A DNA stretch of 64,000 nt from Desulfomonilia bacterium. GTDB taxonomy: Bacteria > Desulfobacterota > Desulfomonilia > UBA1062. Both the position numbers and the translations under genes were made by a program. Under the pieces are notes generated by a model. It saw only the letters and a program-made list of their open reading frames with translations, had not been told where the DNA came from and did no database searches. This document shows positions 48,377 to 58,993 of this stretch, piece by piece; within the stretch, counting starts at the first letter, position 1, and the number at the start of each line of letters is the position of its first letter. The stretch lies in the NCBI GenBank assembly GCA_963664325.2, contig CAXXDQ010000003.1, forward strand, positions 672,001 to 736,000, in the 5' to 3' direction.

Positions 48377-51300
48377 TTACTTGACAGAAATATTATTTAG
48401 CAGATTTTCAAAAGTCAGTATCAGGTTGTCGTTTTTCTCAGTGCCCGGTTTGAAAAGTGAAACGCCATTACCTTGTGTTTCCTCGTAAAGCTCCACAAGG
48501 ATTCTCTGCATGAATTCGCTGTCTTCGTTTACTCTGTTCAAGTTGATAAGTTTAATAATATTGTAAGCCACGGAATCTTCTTTAACCCCGTCTCCGTCAT
48601 TGTCCACAGCAGTGAAGAGAGCCTTTATGAACCTGGCTTCTATGCTGATATCGTAGTAGTTTGCTCCCGCTTCTTCTCCACCCATTATCATACTCATCAT
48701 TCCTCCACTGTTTAACATAGGCCTAATAACATCAGGAGAAGCGGTCAGTTCCAAAAGGAAGTCTTTTAAAGGCGTCAAGTCGTACAGGCCTGGATCTTCC
48801 GAACTGCCGGTAACTAATTGAGCCACCTTTTCAGTAAGCGTAACAGGCTCGGCCGGCCCGGTTAAATGTGTAAGCAGGCTGCTGGGTCCTGTAATGGGGG
48901 TTGTCCCCGTAAGGAGACCAGCCGGGTTGTAAGTGGCGTCCTGGATGTCCATCATCCTGAAGAGCAGGGTTTTGCCGTTTGATACAAATGGGTTTTCCTC
49001 ATCGTCGATATTGGCTTCGAGATAATCCATCAGTTGTGTCATGGTGGAGGCATCTGAACTGTCTGTGGATGTGGTTATCAAATCCGAAAGGATCGGGCTT
49101 ATCATGTCGTAATCTTCAACAACAAACTGATTTGAATGATCAACAAGCGCATCAAATAACCCGCTGTCTTTAAGTGATTTGCCCATTACACTTGCGAATC
49201 TGACTATAGTGTCGCGGTTATCCGCATTCAGCAGGGCGGCCGCATTTGTAATGAAAGTCCTGTTCTCTTTGTCTTTGTTGACAAAAAGTTTTCTTATTAG
49301 ATTGTCCTGGTCATCGTTATCCATTTCCTGCATGTTGAGGTCATTGATGACTGCATCGAGCAGGGATGTTTCATTCAAACCCGTTAAAAACGGAGGTGAA
49401 GCGGCATCCAGTTTTTCAACTGCCCTCAGGGCCAGGTCGAGAACCGGTGCAATTATTCCTGTGGTGTCGCCTGCACGGTTGTTAAACGCAGGCTTTAGGG
49501 CTGTTTCCAGCTCTTTGAAGACCGTTCCCTGGTTATCCTGTCTGAATGTCGCGCTGCTGCCGTTCTTAAGCGGTACATATGTGTCATAATTGATTTCATT
49601 GAGCTGTGTCATCATATTTACCATATCGCCCTGTGTGTTTGTATCCCAGTAATGCGCCATCATCGGGGCAAAGAGAGAGAACAGTTTGTGACGGACAGCC
49701 GTCTCTCCTTCTGAGGGTTTGGTCTTCCAGCTATCTGAATTGGGGTTGCTGTAATTGCCTGCAAGCTCGACAAACGCCGGGAAAGGATCAAGGATGCCGT
49801 CCGCGCTTTTTGCCCCCGGGTATAACGATTTAAGTAAATTGAATATACTGTTATCTTTTCTGAAAATGTCCATCATCGAATCTTGCATCATGTCAGCCAT
49901 ACCATCATAGGTCTTGGCTGTAAAAATTGTGAGGCTGCCTATCTTCAATGCAAGGAGCTGATATTTCTTTACATAGAGCACCCAGTTAAGAGTTTGTGCA
50001 GGTGTTTTCTTGGCTGTTCCACGTGCGTCATCGGTCCAGTATTTCAATGCAGAAGCCACTTCACCTACTGTCCATTCAGCCATGTTGAGTGTTCTTTCCT
50101 TTGAGACTGGAAGACCTAGGCTTACATCATCCGGCGAAGACATCAGGTTTATGATCTTCATCCTGTTGAGGATGTTGTCCGTATCGCCCGCTTCCTGCAT
50201 CATGTACATTAGCGTCCTGAGCTCGCTTATCTTAACATCAGAAGAATCCTTGCTCAGACCATACATATTACCCTCAAGTGCAGCATTCAATCCTGCTGCA
50301 ATTCCGGGAATATCAGCCTTGTCGATTCTGGCAAGTCTGGGTGCTAGTCCTTTAAGTACATCAGGGTTGGTTGTGGGTGCGATGCCGTCCAGGGCTTTGT
50401 CAACATAAGCCTGCAATGTTGCTTGATTTATTGAAAGGACATCCGACAATCCCTGGAGTGTGTCTGCCATGTCCGTGCTTGTCAGAAACAGATTAAGAGA
50501 GTTTGACAGGTTGCGGGTGTCATTCTGAATATCAACACTCCAAGTCTGTCGCAGGGCTTTCATTACGCCCTTTTCAGTGCCCCAGATAAGTTTTTTCTGG
50601 TCATCGTTATAAGGGCCAACTACCGCAGGTTCCTCATCGGGGGTATTTGTTGGGGTATAAGGACCGGTCAATGTACTTAATGAATCAAAAAGGTCCCTGA
50701 TATCATCAATGGTAACGGAATTCTGTTCGGTCTTTAATAAATAATCGAGCATCCTGATGCTGTTATGGATATCCTTATACTTGCCGTCCTGATCAATTAG
50801 GCCGTTTGCAACCCTCATCAGGTTATCTAAGTTGTCGCCTTCCCTGAGCGTGTCAAGAGATATTCCGCCGCTGCCGCTGAGCGCGTTTTTGAGGATTTCA
50901 TCATCAGCACCCATGGCATAAGAGATCATAGGATAGATATTCTGGGTAAGGCAGTCCGAACCGGCCTGCTTGAGAACCTGATTGAGCAGCAGACCGACTT
51001 TTGCTTTAACCGCCATATCTAAAAGGTCTGACATGGTATTGGGATGGTCCAGATCATACAGATCGGGATCGGCCCCATACTTTGTCTCATACTCTGCCTT
51101 CTCATCCAGCAGATACTGATGGACGTTTTTAAGGATATTGAGAAGTGTCTGGTAATCCTCTTTTGTCGTATATCCCTGTTCAGCAAGGGTATTGAGCGTC
51201 TTCAGGCTGTTGCCTAAAAGATCAAGGACCTGTCCGAATGTAAGATGTCCGACAAGTTCATTCAGATTGTCCTCTCCGGCAAGGAGTTCTTCTGTATTTA

Positions 51301-51418
51301 TCCCATCGAAGGAAAGACTGTCTCTCGTTACGTCCGAGCGCTTGTCACATGCCGTGATCGACATGCCGAGAAGAACCAGGACCGCTATGATAAAATTGCT
51401 GGAATTTTTCATACTCAT
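48377..51418 (-). CDS. large acidic alpha-helical lipoprotein, unknown function
   Basis: RBS GGAGG then ATG 51418; lipobox ITAC; same strand as and upstream of the FadL pair. Confidence 0.75.
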   Translation of the reverse strand: MSMKNSSNFIIAVLVLLGMSITACDKRSDVTRDSLSFDGINTEELLAGEDNLNELVGHLTFGQVLDLLGNSLKTLNTLAEQGYTTKEDYQTLLNILKNVHQYLLDEKAEYETKYGADPDLYDLDHPNTMSDLLDMAVKAKVGLLLNQVLKQAGSDCLTQNIYPMISYAMGADDEILKNALSGSGGISLDTLREGDNLDNLMRVANGLIDQDGKYKDIHNSIRMLDYLLKTEQNSVTIDDIRDLFDSLSTLTGPYTPTNTPDEEPAVVGPYNDDQKKLIWGTEKGVMKALRQTWSVDIQNDTRNLSNSLNLFLTSTDMADTLQGLSDVLSINQATLQAYVDKALDGIAPTTNPDVLKGLAPRLARIDKADIPGIAAGLNAALEGNMYGLSKDSSDVKISELRTLMYMMQEAGDTDNILNRMKIINLMSSPDDVSLGLPVSKERTLNMAEWTVGEVASALKYWTDDARGTAKKTPAQTLNWVLYVKKYQLLALKIGSLTIFTAKTYDGMADMMQDSMMDIFRKDNSIFNLLKSLYPGAKSADGILDPFPAFVELAGNYSNPNSDSWKTKPSEGETAVRHKLFSLFAPMMAHYWDTNTQGDMVNMMTQLNEINYDTYVPLKNGSSATFRQDNQGTVFKELETALKPAFNNRAGDTTGIIAPVLDLALRAVEKLDAASPPFLTGLNETSLLDAVINDLNMQEMDNDDQDNLIRKLFVNKDKENRTFITNAAALLNADNRDTIVRFASVMGKSLKDSGLFDALVDHSNQFVVEDYDMISPILSDLITTSTDSSDASTMTQLMDYLEANIDDEENPFVSNGKTLLFRMMDIQDATYNPAGLLTGTTPITGPSSLLTHLTGPAEPVTLTEKVAQLVTGSSEDPGLYDLTPLKDFLLELTASPDVIRPMLNSGGMMSMIMGGEEAGANYYDISIEARFIKALFTAVDNDGDGVKEDSVAYNIIKLINLNRVNEDSEFMQRILVELYEETQGNGVSLFKPGTEKNDNLILTFENLLNNISVK

Positions 51419-51692
51419 AAATTCCTCCTGCATCTGTATTATGCAAACGATATGCCGGAATAAGATAATCAATGAAATATTTTTCCCTCCGCATAGTGCA
51501 AACCGCATAATATCTTTAAATTTCTTTCTATTATGGATAAGGTTGATTTTGTTGTCAAGATATAATGCTTGGATACGGTTTAACCGAAAATTAGTGTGCG
51601 AAAAATAAAGGAATATTTTGGAAATAAATTTCACACAAACGGTAGGTTTAGTGCTTGACCATTTATCATAAGGTGTCATAACTCGAAATGTC

Positions 51693-52217
51693 ATGTCAGT
51701 AAGAATTTGTGCAGGGGTTTATAAATCAAGAAGGATAGCTTGTCCCGATGATATCAGACCCACTTCCGACAGAGTCAAAGAGGCATTGTTTTCCGCGCTT
51801 CTCATTGATTATAAAGGTCTTGATGTCCTTGATATTTTTGCAGGCAGCGGATCGCTTGGTATTGAGGCGCTCAGCAGAGGGGTTAAAACGGCAACCTTTG
51901 TGGATAATTCAGCCTCAAGCATCAATTTTATTAATAAAAATACTGAGCAATTAGGGATCTCGGAACAGTGCGTCATCATTAAATCCGATGCCTTGGCGTA
52001 CATCAAAAAATGCGGACAGCTTTTCGATCTTGTTTTTATGGATCCCCCGTACAATAAAGGTCTTGCTTCGCAGGTTGGACCTGAGCTATATTTTCTGATT
52101 AAGCCGGGCGGGGTAATGATAATAGAACACTCCCCGAAGGAATTAATATATATGAGTTCATACAAGCGTAAGTCCTATGGAGATACGATGCTGACGTTTA
52201 TAAGAAGGGAGCCGTAA
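51693..52217 (+). CDS. rsmD: 16S rRNA m2G966 methyltransferase
   Basis: RPTSDRVKEALF, LDIFAGSGSLGIEALSRG, DPPY. Confidence 0.95.
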   Translation: MSVRICAGVYKSRRIACPDDIRPTSDRVKEALFSALLIDYKGLDVLDIFAGSGSLGIEALSRGVKTATFVDNSASSINFINKNTEQLGISEQCVIIKSDALAYIKKCGQLFDLVFMDPPYNKGLASQVGPELYFLIKPGGVMIIEHSPKELIYMSSYKRKSYGDTMLTFIRREP

Positions 52218-52715
52218 ATGAGCGGAAAAATTGCTGTTTGTCCCGGTTCATTTGATCCGATAACGAACGGTCACATTGATATTATCAGGAGGGGGCTGGG
52301 TGTTTTTGACAAGGTTGTAATTGCTGTTGGCCATAATGCCTTGAAACAAGACCTCTTTACTACTGATGAAAAAGTGGAGATGATCAAGAAATGTGTCAAA
52401 TCCATTGACAGGATCAGTGTTGATGTATTCGAAGGCCTGCTTGTCGATTATGTTAAAAAAATTGGCGCGTGTGCAATTCTGAGAGGCCTGAGGGTTGTGT
52501 CAGATTTTGAATGGGAAATGCAGCTTTCGCTTATGAACAGAAAACTCTACGGCGATGTGGATACTTATTTTTTAATGACCGATTTCAGGAACCTGTTTGT
52601 CAGCTCGACCATAATAAAGGCTACAGTCTCAGCAGGAGGCTCTGTCAGAGGACTTGTGCCTGATCCCGTCCTAATAAAGCTTAAGGAAAAATTCCCTTTA
52701 ATGAGCACTGAGTGA
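52218..52715 (+). CDS. coaD: phosphopantetheine adenylyltransferase
   Basis: PGSFDPITNGHIDII, RGLR..SDFE.E. Confidence 0.97.
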   Translation: MSGKIAVCPGSFDPITNGHIDIIRRGLGVFDKVVIAVGHNALKQDLFTTDEKVEMIKKCVKSIDRISVDVFEGLLVDYVKKIGACAILRGLRVVSDFEWEMQLSLMNRKLYGDVDTYFLMTDFRNLFVSSTIIKATVSAGGSVRGLVPDPVLIKLKEKFPLMSTE

Positions 52716-52749
52716 ACCGGAACAAACCTAATCTGATGGAGGAAATATA

Positions 52750-53913
52750 ATGAAGATCTCGAAACTTGTATCAAGCATTCAGGAATCTGCAACCCTTGCC
52801 GTCACTGCAAAGGCAAACGCACTAAAGGCCGAGGGCAAGGATGTCATCGGATTTGCCGCCGGTGAGCCGGACTTTGATACACCTGATGATATCAAGGAAG
52901 CCGCGATAAAAGCAATCAGGGATGGCAAGACAAAATATACCCCTGTTGCCGGAATACCTGAACTCAGAAAGGCTGTGGCCGATGTAGTAAATGAAGAATA
53001 TGGTACAAAGATGACCACGGCGAATGTACTGGTTTCATGCGGTGCTAAACATAGCCTGTATAACCTTTTTGTAACAATATTCGATGCCGGGGATGAGGTT
53101 ATATGCCCTTCACCTTACTGGGTTTCCTATTCGGCCATGATCGAAATTGCGGGCGCCAGACCCATTCTTATCGACACGAGGGATACCGGCCTCAAACTTA
53201 AGGCTGAGCAGGTAAAAAAGGCGATTACTCCGAAAACACGTGGAATAATAATCAACTCTCCGTCTAATCCGACCGGCATGATATTCGAAAAGAAGGAGCT
53301 CGAAAAAATTGCCGAGCTTTGCATCAAACACGACATAGTCATAATTGCCGACGATATCTATCATAAACTTGTATTTTCAGGGAATACGTTTACGAGTATT
53401 GCTTCACTCGGACCCGAGGTTGCCGCCAGGTCGTTCATCGTTATCGGTGCTTCAAAGACTTTTTCAATGACAGGGTGGAGAATCGGCTACTGCATCGGCG
53501 ACAAGGACGTGATCGCAGCTATGGGAAGACTTCAGAGTCAGAGCACATCCAACCCGACATCATTTGCCCAGTATGGGGCTTATCAGTCGCTGACAGGTGA
53601 TCAGAGCATCGTGGCGGAACGTACAAAAATATTTGAAAAACGCCGTGATCTGATGGTTTCTAAAATCAGAGAGATTCCGGGTATGGATATTATCAAACCT
53701 GAAGGTGCATTTTATTGTTTCCCTTCAATGAAAGGCCTTATCGGGAGGTTCAAAGGTTCAACAGATCTTGCAAATTTCCTGCTTGACAGGGCGCTTGTAG
53801 CTATAGTCCCGGGAATCGAATTCGGAAGCGATGAACATTTCAGGCTTTCATATGCAACCTCAGATAAAAACATAATCGAAGGGCTTGAGAGGATTAAAAA
53901 AGCGCTTGCCTGA
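52750..53913 (+). CDS. PLP-dependent aspartate aminotransferase (class I)
   Basis: GEPDFDTP, NSPSNPTG, DDIY, SKTFSMTGWRIG. Confidence 0.93.
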   Translation: MKISKLVSSIQESATLAVTAKANALKAEGKDVIGFAAGEPDFDTPDDIKEAAIKAIRDGKTKYTPVAGIPELRKAVADVVNEEYGTKMTTANVLVSCGAKHSLYNLFVTIFDAGDEVICPSPYWVSYSAMIEIAGARPILIDTRDTGLKLKAEQVKKAITPKTRGIIINSPSNPTGMIFEKKELEKIAELCIKHDIVIIADDIYHKLVFSGNTFTSIASLGPEVAARSFIVIGASKTFSMTGWRIGYCIGDKDVIAAMGRLQSQSTSNPTSFAQYGAYQSLTGDQSIVAERTKIFEKRRDLMVSKIREIPGMDIIKPEGAFYCFPSMKGLIGRFKGSTDLANFLLDRALVAIVPGIEFGSDEHFRLSYATSDKNIIEGLERIKKALA

Positions 53914-53930
53914 AAAATATCCATAAAAAC

Positions 53931-53954
53931 GTGGTGCAGAAAATACTGCACCGC
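53931..53954. terminator. hairpin between convergent genes
   Basis: GTGGTGCAG-aaaata-CTGCACCGC. Confidence 0.5.
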
Positions 53955-53957
53955 GCA

Positions 53958-55301
53958 TCAATTATCAACAAGCAAAATTCTCACATCCATCACGTTTGTA
54001 CGGGTTGGACCCGTTATCAGTAAGTCTCCGGTCTGCTTCAGATAGTTATAGGAATCATTTGAATCAAGGTACATGTCGATATTCAGCCCTTTTTCTTTTC
54101 CACGCGCAACTGTTTCCGTGTCGACAATACCTCCTGCCGCATCTGTAGGCCCGTCTGTGCCGTCGGTGCCGCCGCTGAGCACAACTATATTCTTATCCAT
54201 ACCGCAGATTTCTTTTGCTGCCGCAAGGGCGAATTCCTGGTTGCGGCCTCCTGTGCCTGAGCCTTTTACAATCACTGTTGTTTCGCCGCCGCTTATTATG
54301 CATGCAGGCGGTTTTGCCGGATTGCCAGAAAGCAGTATGTCACGGGCTGTTGCTACATGTGCTTTTGCAACCTCTGTCGTATCGCCTTCACTCATGGAGG
54401 AAACGATAACCGAGTTGTAACCGGCCGATGAAGCTTCTTCCCGGGCTGCCCTGCAGGCAAGGATGTTGCTTCCGATAGTTTTGTTCATAACCCGTTCGAA
54501 GATGGGGTCTCCCGATTTGGGTGTTTCAGGGATGCTGCCCCCGGCACCTTCGGAGAGTCTTGACATGACGGTTGCCGGCATTTTATGCCGCATGCCGTAT
54601 TTGTCGATGATATTTATGGAGTCTGTGTAAGTTGAACTGTCAGGCACAAAAGGGCCGGATGCAATTACATCCATGTCATCGCCGATAACATCGGAAAGCA
54701 TAAGGTTTATAACAGTTGCCGGATATGCCGTTTTGGCAAGTCCTCCTCCCTTGGAGACGGAAAGATGTTTTCTGACTGTATTCAACTCATGGATGTCTGC
54801 CCCGCATTTCAGCAGTCCGTCGGTCGCTCTTTTCTTGTCCTCCAGGGATATGCCCCGAGCGGGTAAAGGCAGAAGGGCCGATCCCCCGCCTGATATCAAA
54901 GAGATAACAAGGTCTTTTTCAGTGCAGGCTGCAAGAAGTCCGGCAATCCTTTTAGCCCCGGCAAGTCCGTTATCATCCGGCACAGGATGTCCTGCCTCAA
55001 TAAGATCGATCCTATTCAGTGGCAGGCCGTGGCCGTATTTTACAACAATGATTCCCTTGTTTATCCTGTCTCCCAATATGGTCTCAACGGCCTTTGCCAT
55101 CGGAGCGGATGCCTTGCCTGCCCCGACAACAAAAATCCTTGAAAACATGTTCAAGTCATAGGTTTTCCCGCCGGCGTTCAGATTGTCGCCATTACGCGAA
55201 AGAAATGAACCCACCGCATTCTCCGGGTCGACTGCAGCTATTGCCGATCTGAATATTTTAACCGCATCTTTTCTCATGCCGGCTATTTTATCTGCCATCA
55301 T
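53958..55301 (-). CDS. glycerate 2-kinase (DUF4147/MOFRL family)
   Basis: GAGKAS, HPVPD, ISGGGSAL, SDVIGDD, GGETTV, GGRNQE, GTDGTDG, TGPTRTNVMD. Confidence 0.93.
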   Translation of the reverse strand: MMADKIAGMRKDAVKIFRSAIAAVDPENAVGSFLSRNGDNLNAGGKTYDLNMFSRIFVVGAGKASAPMAKAVETILGDRINKGIIVVKYGHGLPLNRIDLIEAGHPVPDDNGLAGAKRIAGLLAACTEKDLVISLISGGGSALLPLPARGISLEDKKRATDGLLKCGADIHELNTVRKHLSVSKGGGLAKTAYPATVINLMLSDVIGDDMDVIASGPFVPDSSTYTDSINIIDKYGMRHKMPATVMSRLSEGAGGSIPETPKSGDPIFERVMNKTIGSNILACRAAREEASSAGYNSVIVSSMSEGDTTEVAKAHVATARDILLSGNPAKPPACIISGGETTVIVKGSGTGGRNQEFALAAAKEICGMDKNIVVLSGGTDGTDGPTDAAGGIVDTETVARGKEKGLNIDMYLDSNDSYNYLKQTGDLLITGPTRTNVMDVRILLVDN

Positions 55302-55412
55302 ACACCTCCGGGAACCTGACTGATAAGGAATGTTATCATGAGTATTATGTTCCGGCCATAGATATGTATGGGCTCGTTGACATGTGAATGTAATTTCCTT
55401 AAGGTGCAAAAC

Positions 55413-56009
55413 ATGCAGATAATTCTGGCATCAGCTTCGCCCAGGAGAAAGGAGTTGCTTAAATATCTGGGAATCGAATTTGATATCATCATCCCGGACA
55501 TACACGAGCATGCCCGCGATGGTGAGAACCCCGAGGACTTTTGCGCGCGTATCAGCAGGGAAAAGGCCCTTTCAGTAAAAAAGGGGTTTCAGGATTCCCT
55601 TATAATAGCAGCCGATACAATAGTTGTTATTGACGGTGAGATTCTGGGCAAGCCGAAAAATAGAGATGAGGCCTGCTCATATCTCAGGCTTTTATGCGGG
55701 CGGCAGCACACTGTCTTTACAGCCTTCACAATATTATTCCCCGATGGAAGTAATGGAATAACCAGGATTGAGCGTTCAACAGTCCACTTTGCCGATATGA
55801 GCGAGGATGATATTATATGGTATGTTTCTACAGGCGAACCCATGGATAAGGCCGGTGCATACGGCCTTCAAGGGATAGGTGCAGCTTTTGTGGACAAAAT
55901 TGAAGGTTCGTTCACAAATGTTATCGGCCTTCCTCTTTCTGAAGTATATAAATGCATTAAGCCATACATAATTTTCAAGAAAGATATTTCAGGAGGTATT
56001 CATGCGTAA
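55413..56009 (+). CDS. maf: Maf family nucleoside triphosphate pyrophosphatase
   Basis: ILASASPRRKELL, ADTIV, GKP, DKAGAYG.QG, NVIGLP. Confidence 0.95.
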   Translation: MQIILASASPRRKELLKYLGIEFDIIIPDIHEHARDGENPEDFCARISREKALSVKKGFQDSLIIAADTIVVIDGEILGKPKNRDEACSYLRLLCGRQHTVFTAFTILFPDGSNGITRIERSTVHFADMSEDDIIWYVSTGEPMDKAGAYGLQGIGAAFVDKIEGSFTNVIGLPLSEVYKCIKPYIIFKKDISGGIHA

Positions 56010-57489
56010 GTTCATCATGGCTATTGACCAGGGAACAACAGGCACGAGGGTGATGATTGTCGATAAGAAGGGCGCGATCGCGGCTAGTGCCTATACCGAA
56101 TTTCCTCAGATTTATCCGAAGCCCGGATGGGTGGAGCACAATGCAGAAATAATCTGGGATTCGACAGTACAGGTAATGGGCCAGGCTTTTAAAGATGCGG
56201 ATATAACAGCAGCGAATATTCAGGGAATAGGAATTACCAACCAGAGAGAGACTTCTGTTATCTGGGACAGGAAGACTTTAAAGCCTGTACATAACGCCAT
56301 TGTCTGGCAGTGCAGGAGGAGTTCGGTCATTTGTGATGAAATGAAGGAAAAGGGTCTTGAACCGGTCTTCCAGAAGAAAACTGGGCTTGTCCTGGATGCG
56401 TATTTTTCAGGTACAAAGGTTAAGTGGATATTGGACGAATATCCTGAAATCAGAAACAGGGCCGAAGCCGGTGAACTCGCTTTCGGAACCATAGATACCT
56501 GGATTATTGCAAAGCTTACCGGCGGAAGGATTCATGTGACGGATTACACTAACGCTTCCCGTACCCTCATGTACAATATTCATGAAAAAAAGTGGGATGA
56601 TGAACTGCTCAAATATCTAAATATTCCAGCGTCGCTGTTGCCGAAGGTCGTCTCCTCGTCGGAGATTGTAGGGGAAAGCGATCCTCATGTGGCGGGTGCT
56701 GCGATACCGATAGCAGGGATTGCCGGCGACCAGCAGGCGGCACTTTTCGGCCAGGGTTGTTTTTCAGAGGGGCAGGCGAAAAACACTTACGGAACCGGCT
56801 GCTTCATGCTTTTAAATGTCGGCAATAAAGAGGTGGAACCAAAAAACGGGCTTATCCTGACGCTCGCATGCAACGGTGAAGGACAACCCTGTTACGCAAT
56901 GGAGGGGTCCATCTTTATCGGCGGGGCGGTAATGCAGTGGTTGAGGGACGGTCTCGGGCTGGTATCATCTGCCGCGGAATCACAGGCTATTGCAGAAAGC
57001 GTAAAAGACACGAACGGGGTATATCTGGTACCTGCTTTTGCGGGCCTGGGGGCGCCGTACTGGGATATGTATGCAAGGGGAGGGATTCTTGGTATCACAA
57101 GGGGGACAACGCGTGCCCACATTATCAGAGCGGCGCTTGAAGGAATAGCTTTCCAGGTCAAGGATCTGATAGGCGCATTTGAAAGTGTATCAGGAGAAAA
57201 ATTCTCAGAACTGAGGGTTGACGGCGGGGCATGTAAAAATAATTTTCTCATGCAGTTCCAGGCCGACACGCTCGGGTTTCCGATAGACCGTTCTTCATAT
57301 ATCGAATCAACAGGAATGGGGGCAGCATTCCTTGCAGGATTGTCAACTGGTTTCTGGCCGTCGAGTGGAGATATAAAAAATCTGAGAAAATCGGAAAAGG
57401 TTTTTTATCCGAAAATTAATGAAGAATTACGGGCAGGGATGTATAACGGCTGGATTGACGCTGTCAGCAGGGTGAAAAGCAGGGTTTGA
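56002..57489 (+). CDS. glpK: glycerol kinase
   Basis: DQGTTG, GITNQRET, NAIVWQCRR, GDQQAALFGQ, KNTYGTG, PAFAGLGAPYW. Confidence 0.97.
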   Translation: MRKFIMAIDQGTTGTRVMIVDKKGAIAASAYTEFPQIYPKPGWVEHNAEIIWDSTVQVMGQAFKDADITAANIQGIGITNQRETSVIWDRKTLKPVHNAIVWQCRRSSVICDEMKEKGLEPVFQKKTGLVLDAYFSGTKVKWILDEYPEIRNRAEAGELAFGTIDTWIIAKLTGGRIHVTDYTNASRTLMYNIHEKKWDDELLKYLNIPASLLPKVVSSSEIVGESDPHVAGAAIPIAGIAGDQQAALFGQGCFSEGQAKNTYGTGCFMLLNVGNKEVEPKNGLILTLACNGEGQPCYAMEGSIFIGGAVMQWLRDGLGLVSSAAESQAIAESVKDTNGVYLVPAFAGLGAPYWDMYARGGILGITRGTTRAHIIRAALEGIAFQVKDLIGAFESVSGEKFSELRVDGGACKNNFLMQFQADTLGFPIDRSSYIESTGMGAAFLAGLSTGFWPSSGDIKNLRKSEKVFYPKINEELRAGMYNGWIDAVSRVKSRV

Positions 57490-58256
57490 TGAAGATTTTT
57501 GAATATCTGGGACGCACTGTAATATCTTTTATTGAGCAGGTAGGTGAGATAGGCATCTTCCTGTCAAGTATAGTTAAATGGCTTTTCAGGAAGCCGTTTT
57601 TCTACCATCAGCTTTTCAAACAGATGGAATTCATCGGTGTAAAATCAAGCACGGTTATCCTACTGACAGGTATTTTTACCGGTATGGTTACAGCGCTTCA
57701 GATGCACTATGGATTCAAACAGTTCGGTGCCGAGGCGCTTGTCGGCTCAACAGCCACTCTCAGTATAACACGAGAACTGGGTCCGGTACTGGCTGCGCTT
57801 ATGGTTACGGCCAGAGCAGGCTCGGCAATGACCGCCGAAATCGGTTCCATGAGAGTCACAGAGCAGATCGATGCGCTTACGGTAATGGGGGTCAACCCGT
57901 TTCAGTATCTTGTTATCCCCAGGATAATTGCAGCCCTACTTGTCATGCCCATGCTGACGATTATTTATGATGCGGTAGGCATGGTAGGGTCATGGATTGT
58001 CGGTGTGAAGATACTTGGTATCAATGAGAGCATGTTCTGGTTTCGTATATCTGAATATGTTGATTACAAGGATATATTTACCGGGTTGTTCAAAGCCGCG
58101 TTTTTCGGATTGATAATAGCAATCGTCGGCAGCTATAAAGGTTATACGACCACAGGAGGTGCAGAGGGCGTGGGCCAGGCAACGACATATTCGGTTGTCA
58201 TTTCTTCAGTAAGTATCCTGATTGCAGACTATATCCTTACGGCGTTTATGTACTGA
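57486..58256 (+). CDS. mlaE: MlaE-family ABC transporter permease
   Basis: RELGPVLAALMV.AR.GSA..AEIGSMRVTEQIDAL. Confidence 0.93.
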   Translation: MMKIFEYLGRTVISFIEQVGEIGIFLSSIVKWLFRKPFFYHQLFKQMEFIGVKSSTVILLTGIFTGMVTALQMHYGFKQFGAEALVGSTATLSITRELGPVLAALMVTARAGSAMTAEIGSMRVTEQIDALTVMGVNPFQYLVIPRIIAALLVMPMLTIIYDAVGMVGSWIVGVKILGINESMFWFRISEYVDYKDIFTGLFKAAFFGLIIAIVGSYKGYTTTGGAEGVGQATTYSVVISSVSILIADYILTAFMY

Positions 58257-58270
58257 TCAAAGAATTGATC

Positions 58271-58900
58271 TCAGATTCGGAAAGTACCGCTCAAAAGGAA
58301 ATTCTTAACAAGGATTGCGGTCTTTTTGTTCCTGTGGACAGCCTGATGAGGCCAGAAATTTCTAAGAATAAAATCATGCATGCCGTTAAATCTCATTTCA
58401 GATACGGCAATCAGATCATCATTATCACCCGGTATGAATGGATTGAATCCGAATCGCATTCCTGTTCCTGCTGCAATGACTCCGATTTTCTTTCCAACAG
58501 GAATATTTTCTGAAGGCGCAGATAAATCAGCAAGGGTTTTAGAAAAACAATCGGCATAGGGTAGGCTTGATAAATGTTTTGCCATAACCGAACCGTTTAC
58601 AGGTGATGAGATAAGAACAATATTTCCAATTCCGGAAATGTCATATCTTGTCAGGATGTCCAGAATAATCCTTCCCCCGGAACTGTGGCCAACCAGATGA
58701 AGTATCTTCCATGAATGTTCCGACAAGATATCATAAAGGAGATCGCTGCATTTCCCTATTCCGGCCGTAGTGACAGGCAGAGTCGGAACAATAGTGTTAA
58801 AGCCGTTTTTTATGAAAAATCTTTTCAGATAATTCATATCCCGGGCGGTTCTGAGATAGCCATGCAGGAGTAAAACAGTCGGGACTTCTGAGGTATTCAT
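58271..58900 (-). CDS. alpha/beta hydrolase (lipase/esterase-like)
   Basis: LLHGY, VGHSSGG, SSPVNGS, DNDDLI. Confidence 0.85.
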   Translation of the reverse strand: MNTSEVPTVLLLHGYLRTARDMNYLKRFFIKNGFNTIVPTLPVTTAGIGKCSDLLYDILSEHSWKILHLVGHSSGGRIILDILTRYDISGIGNIVLISSPVNGSVMAKHLSSLPYADCFSKTLADLSAPSENIPVGKKIGVIAAGTGMRFGFNPFIPGDNDDLIAVSEMRFNGMHDFILRNFWPHQAVHRNKKTAILVKNFLLSGTFRI

Positions 58901-58930
58901 CTGAAAAGTATATGGTTTATTTAAATAACA

Positions 58931-58974
58931 AAAGGGAATGGCCTACTGTTCTGATAAAGCAAACCATTCCCTTT
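58931..58974 (-). terminator. hairpin downstream of the PEP-CTERM gene
   Basis: AAAGGGAATGG ... CCATTCCCTTT. Confidence 0.5.
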
Positions 58975-58993
58975 AAAGGCTTTAAAGTCTATT

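Noticed and set aside
51419-51694. N-terminal 92 aa of the 1105-aa ORF
   Set aside because: AT-rich divergent promoter region; RBS and lipoprotein signal point to ATG 51418
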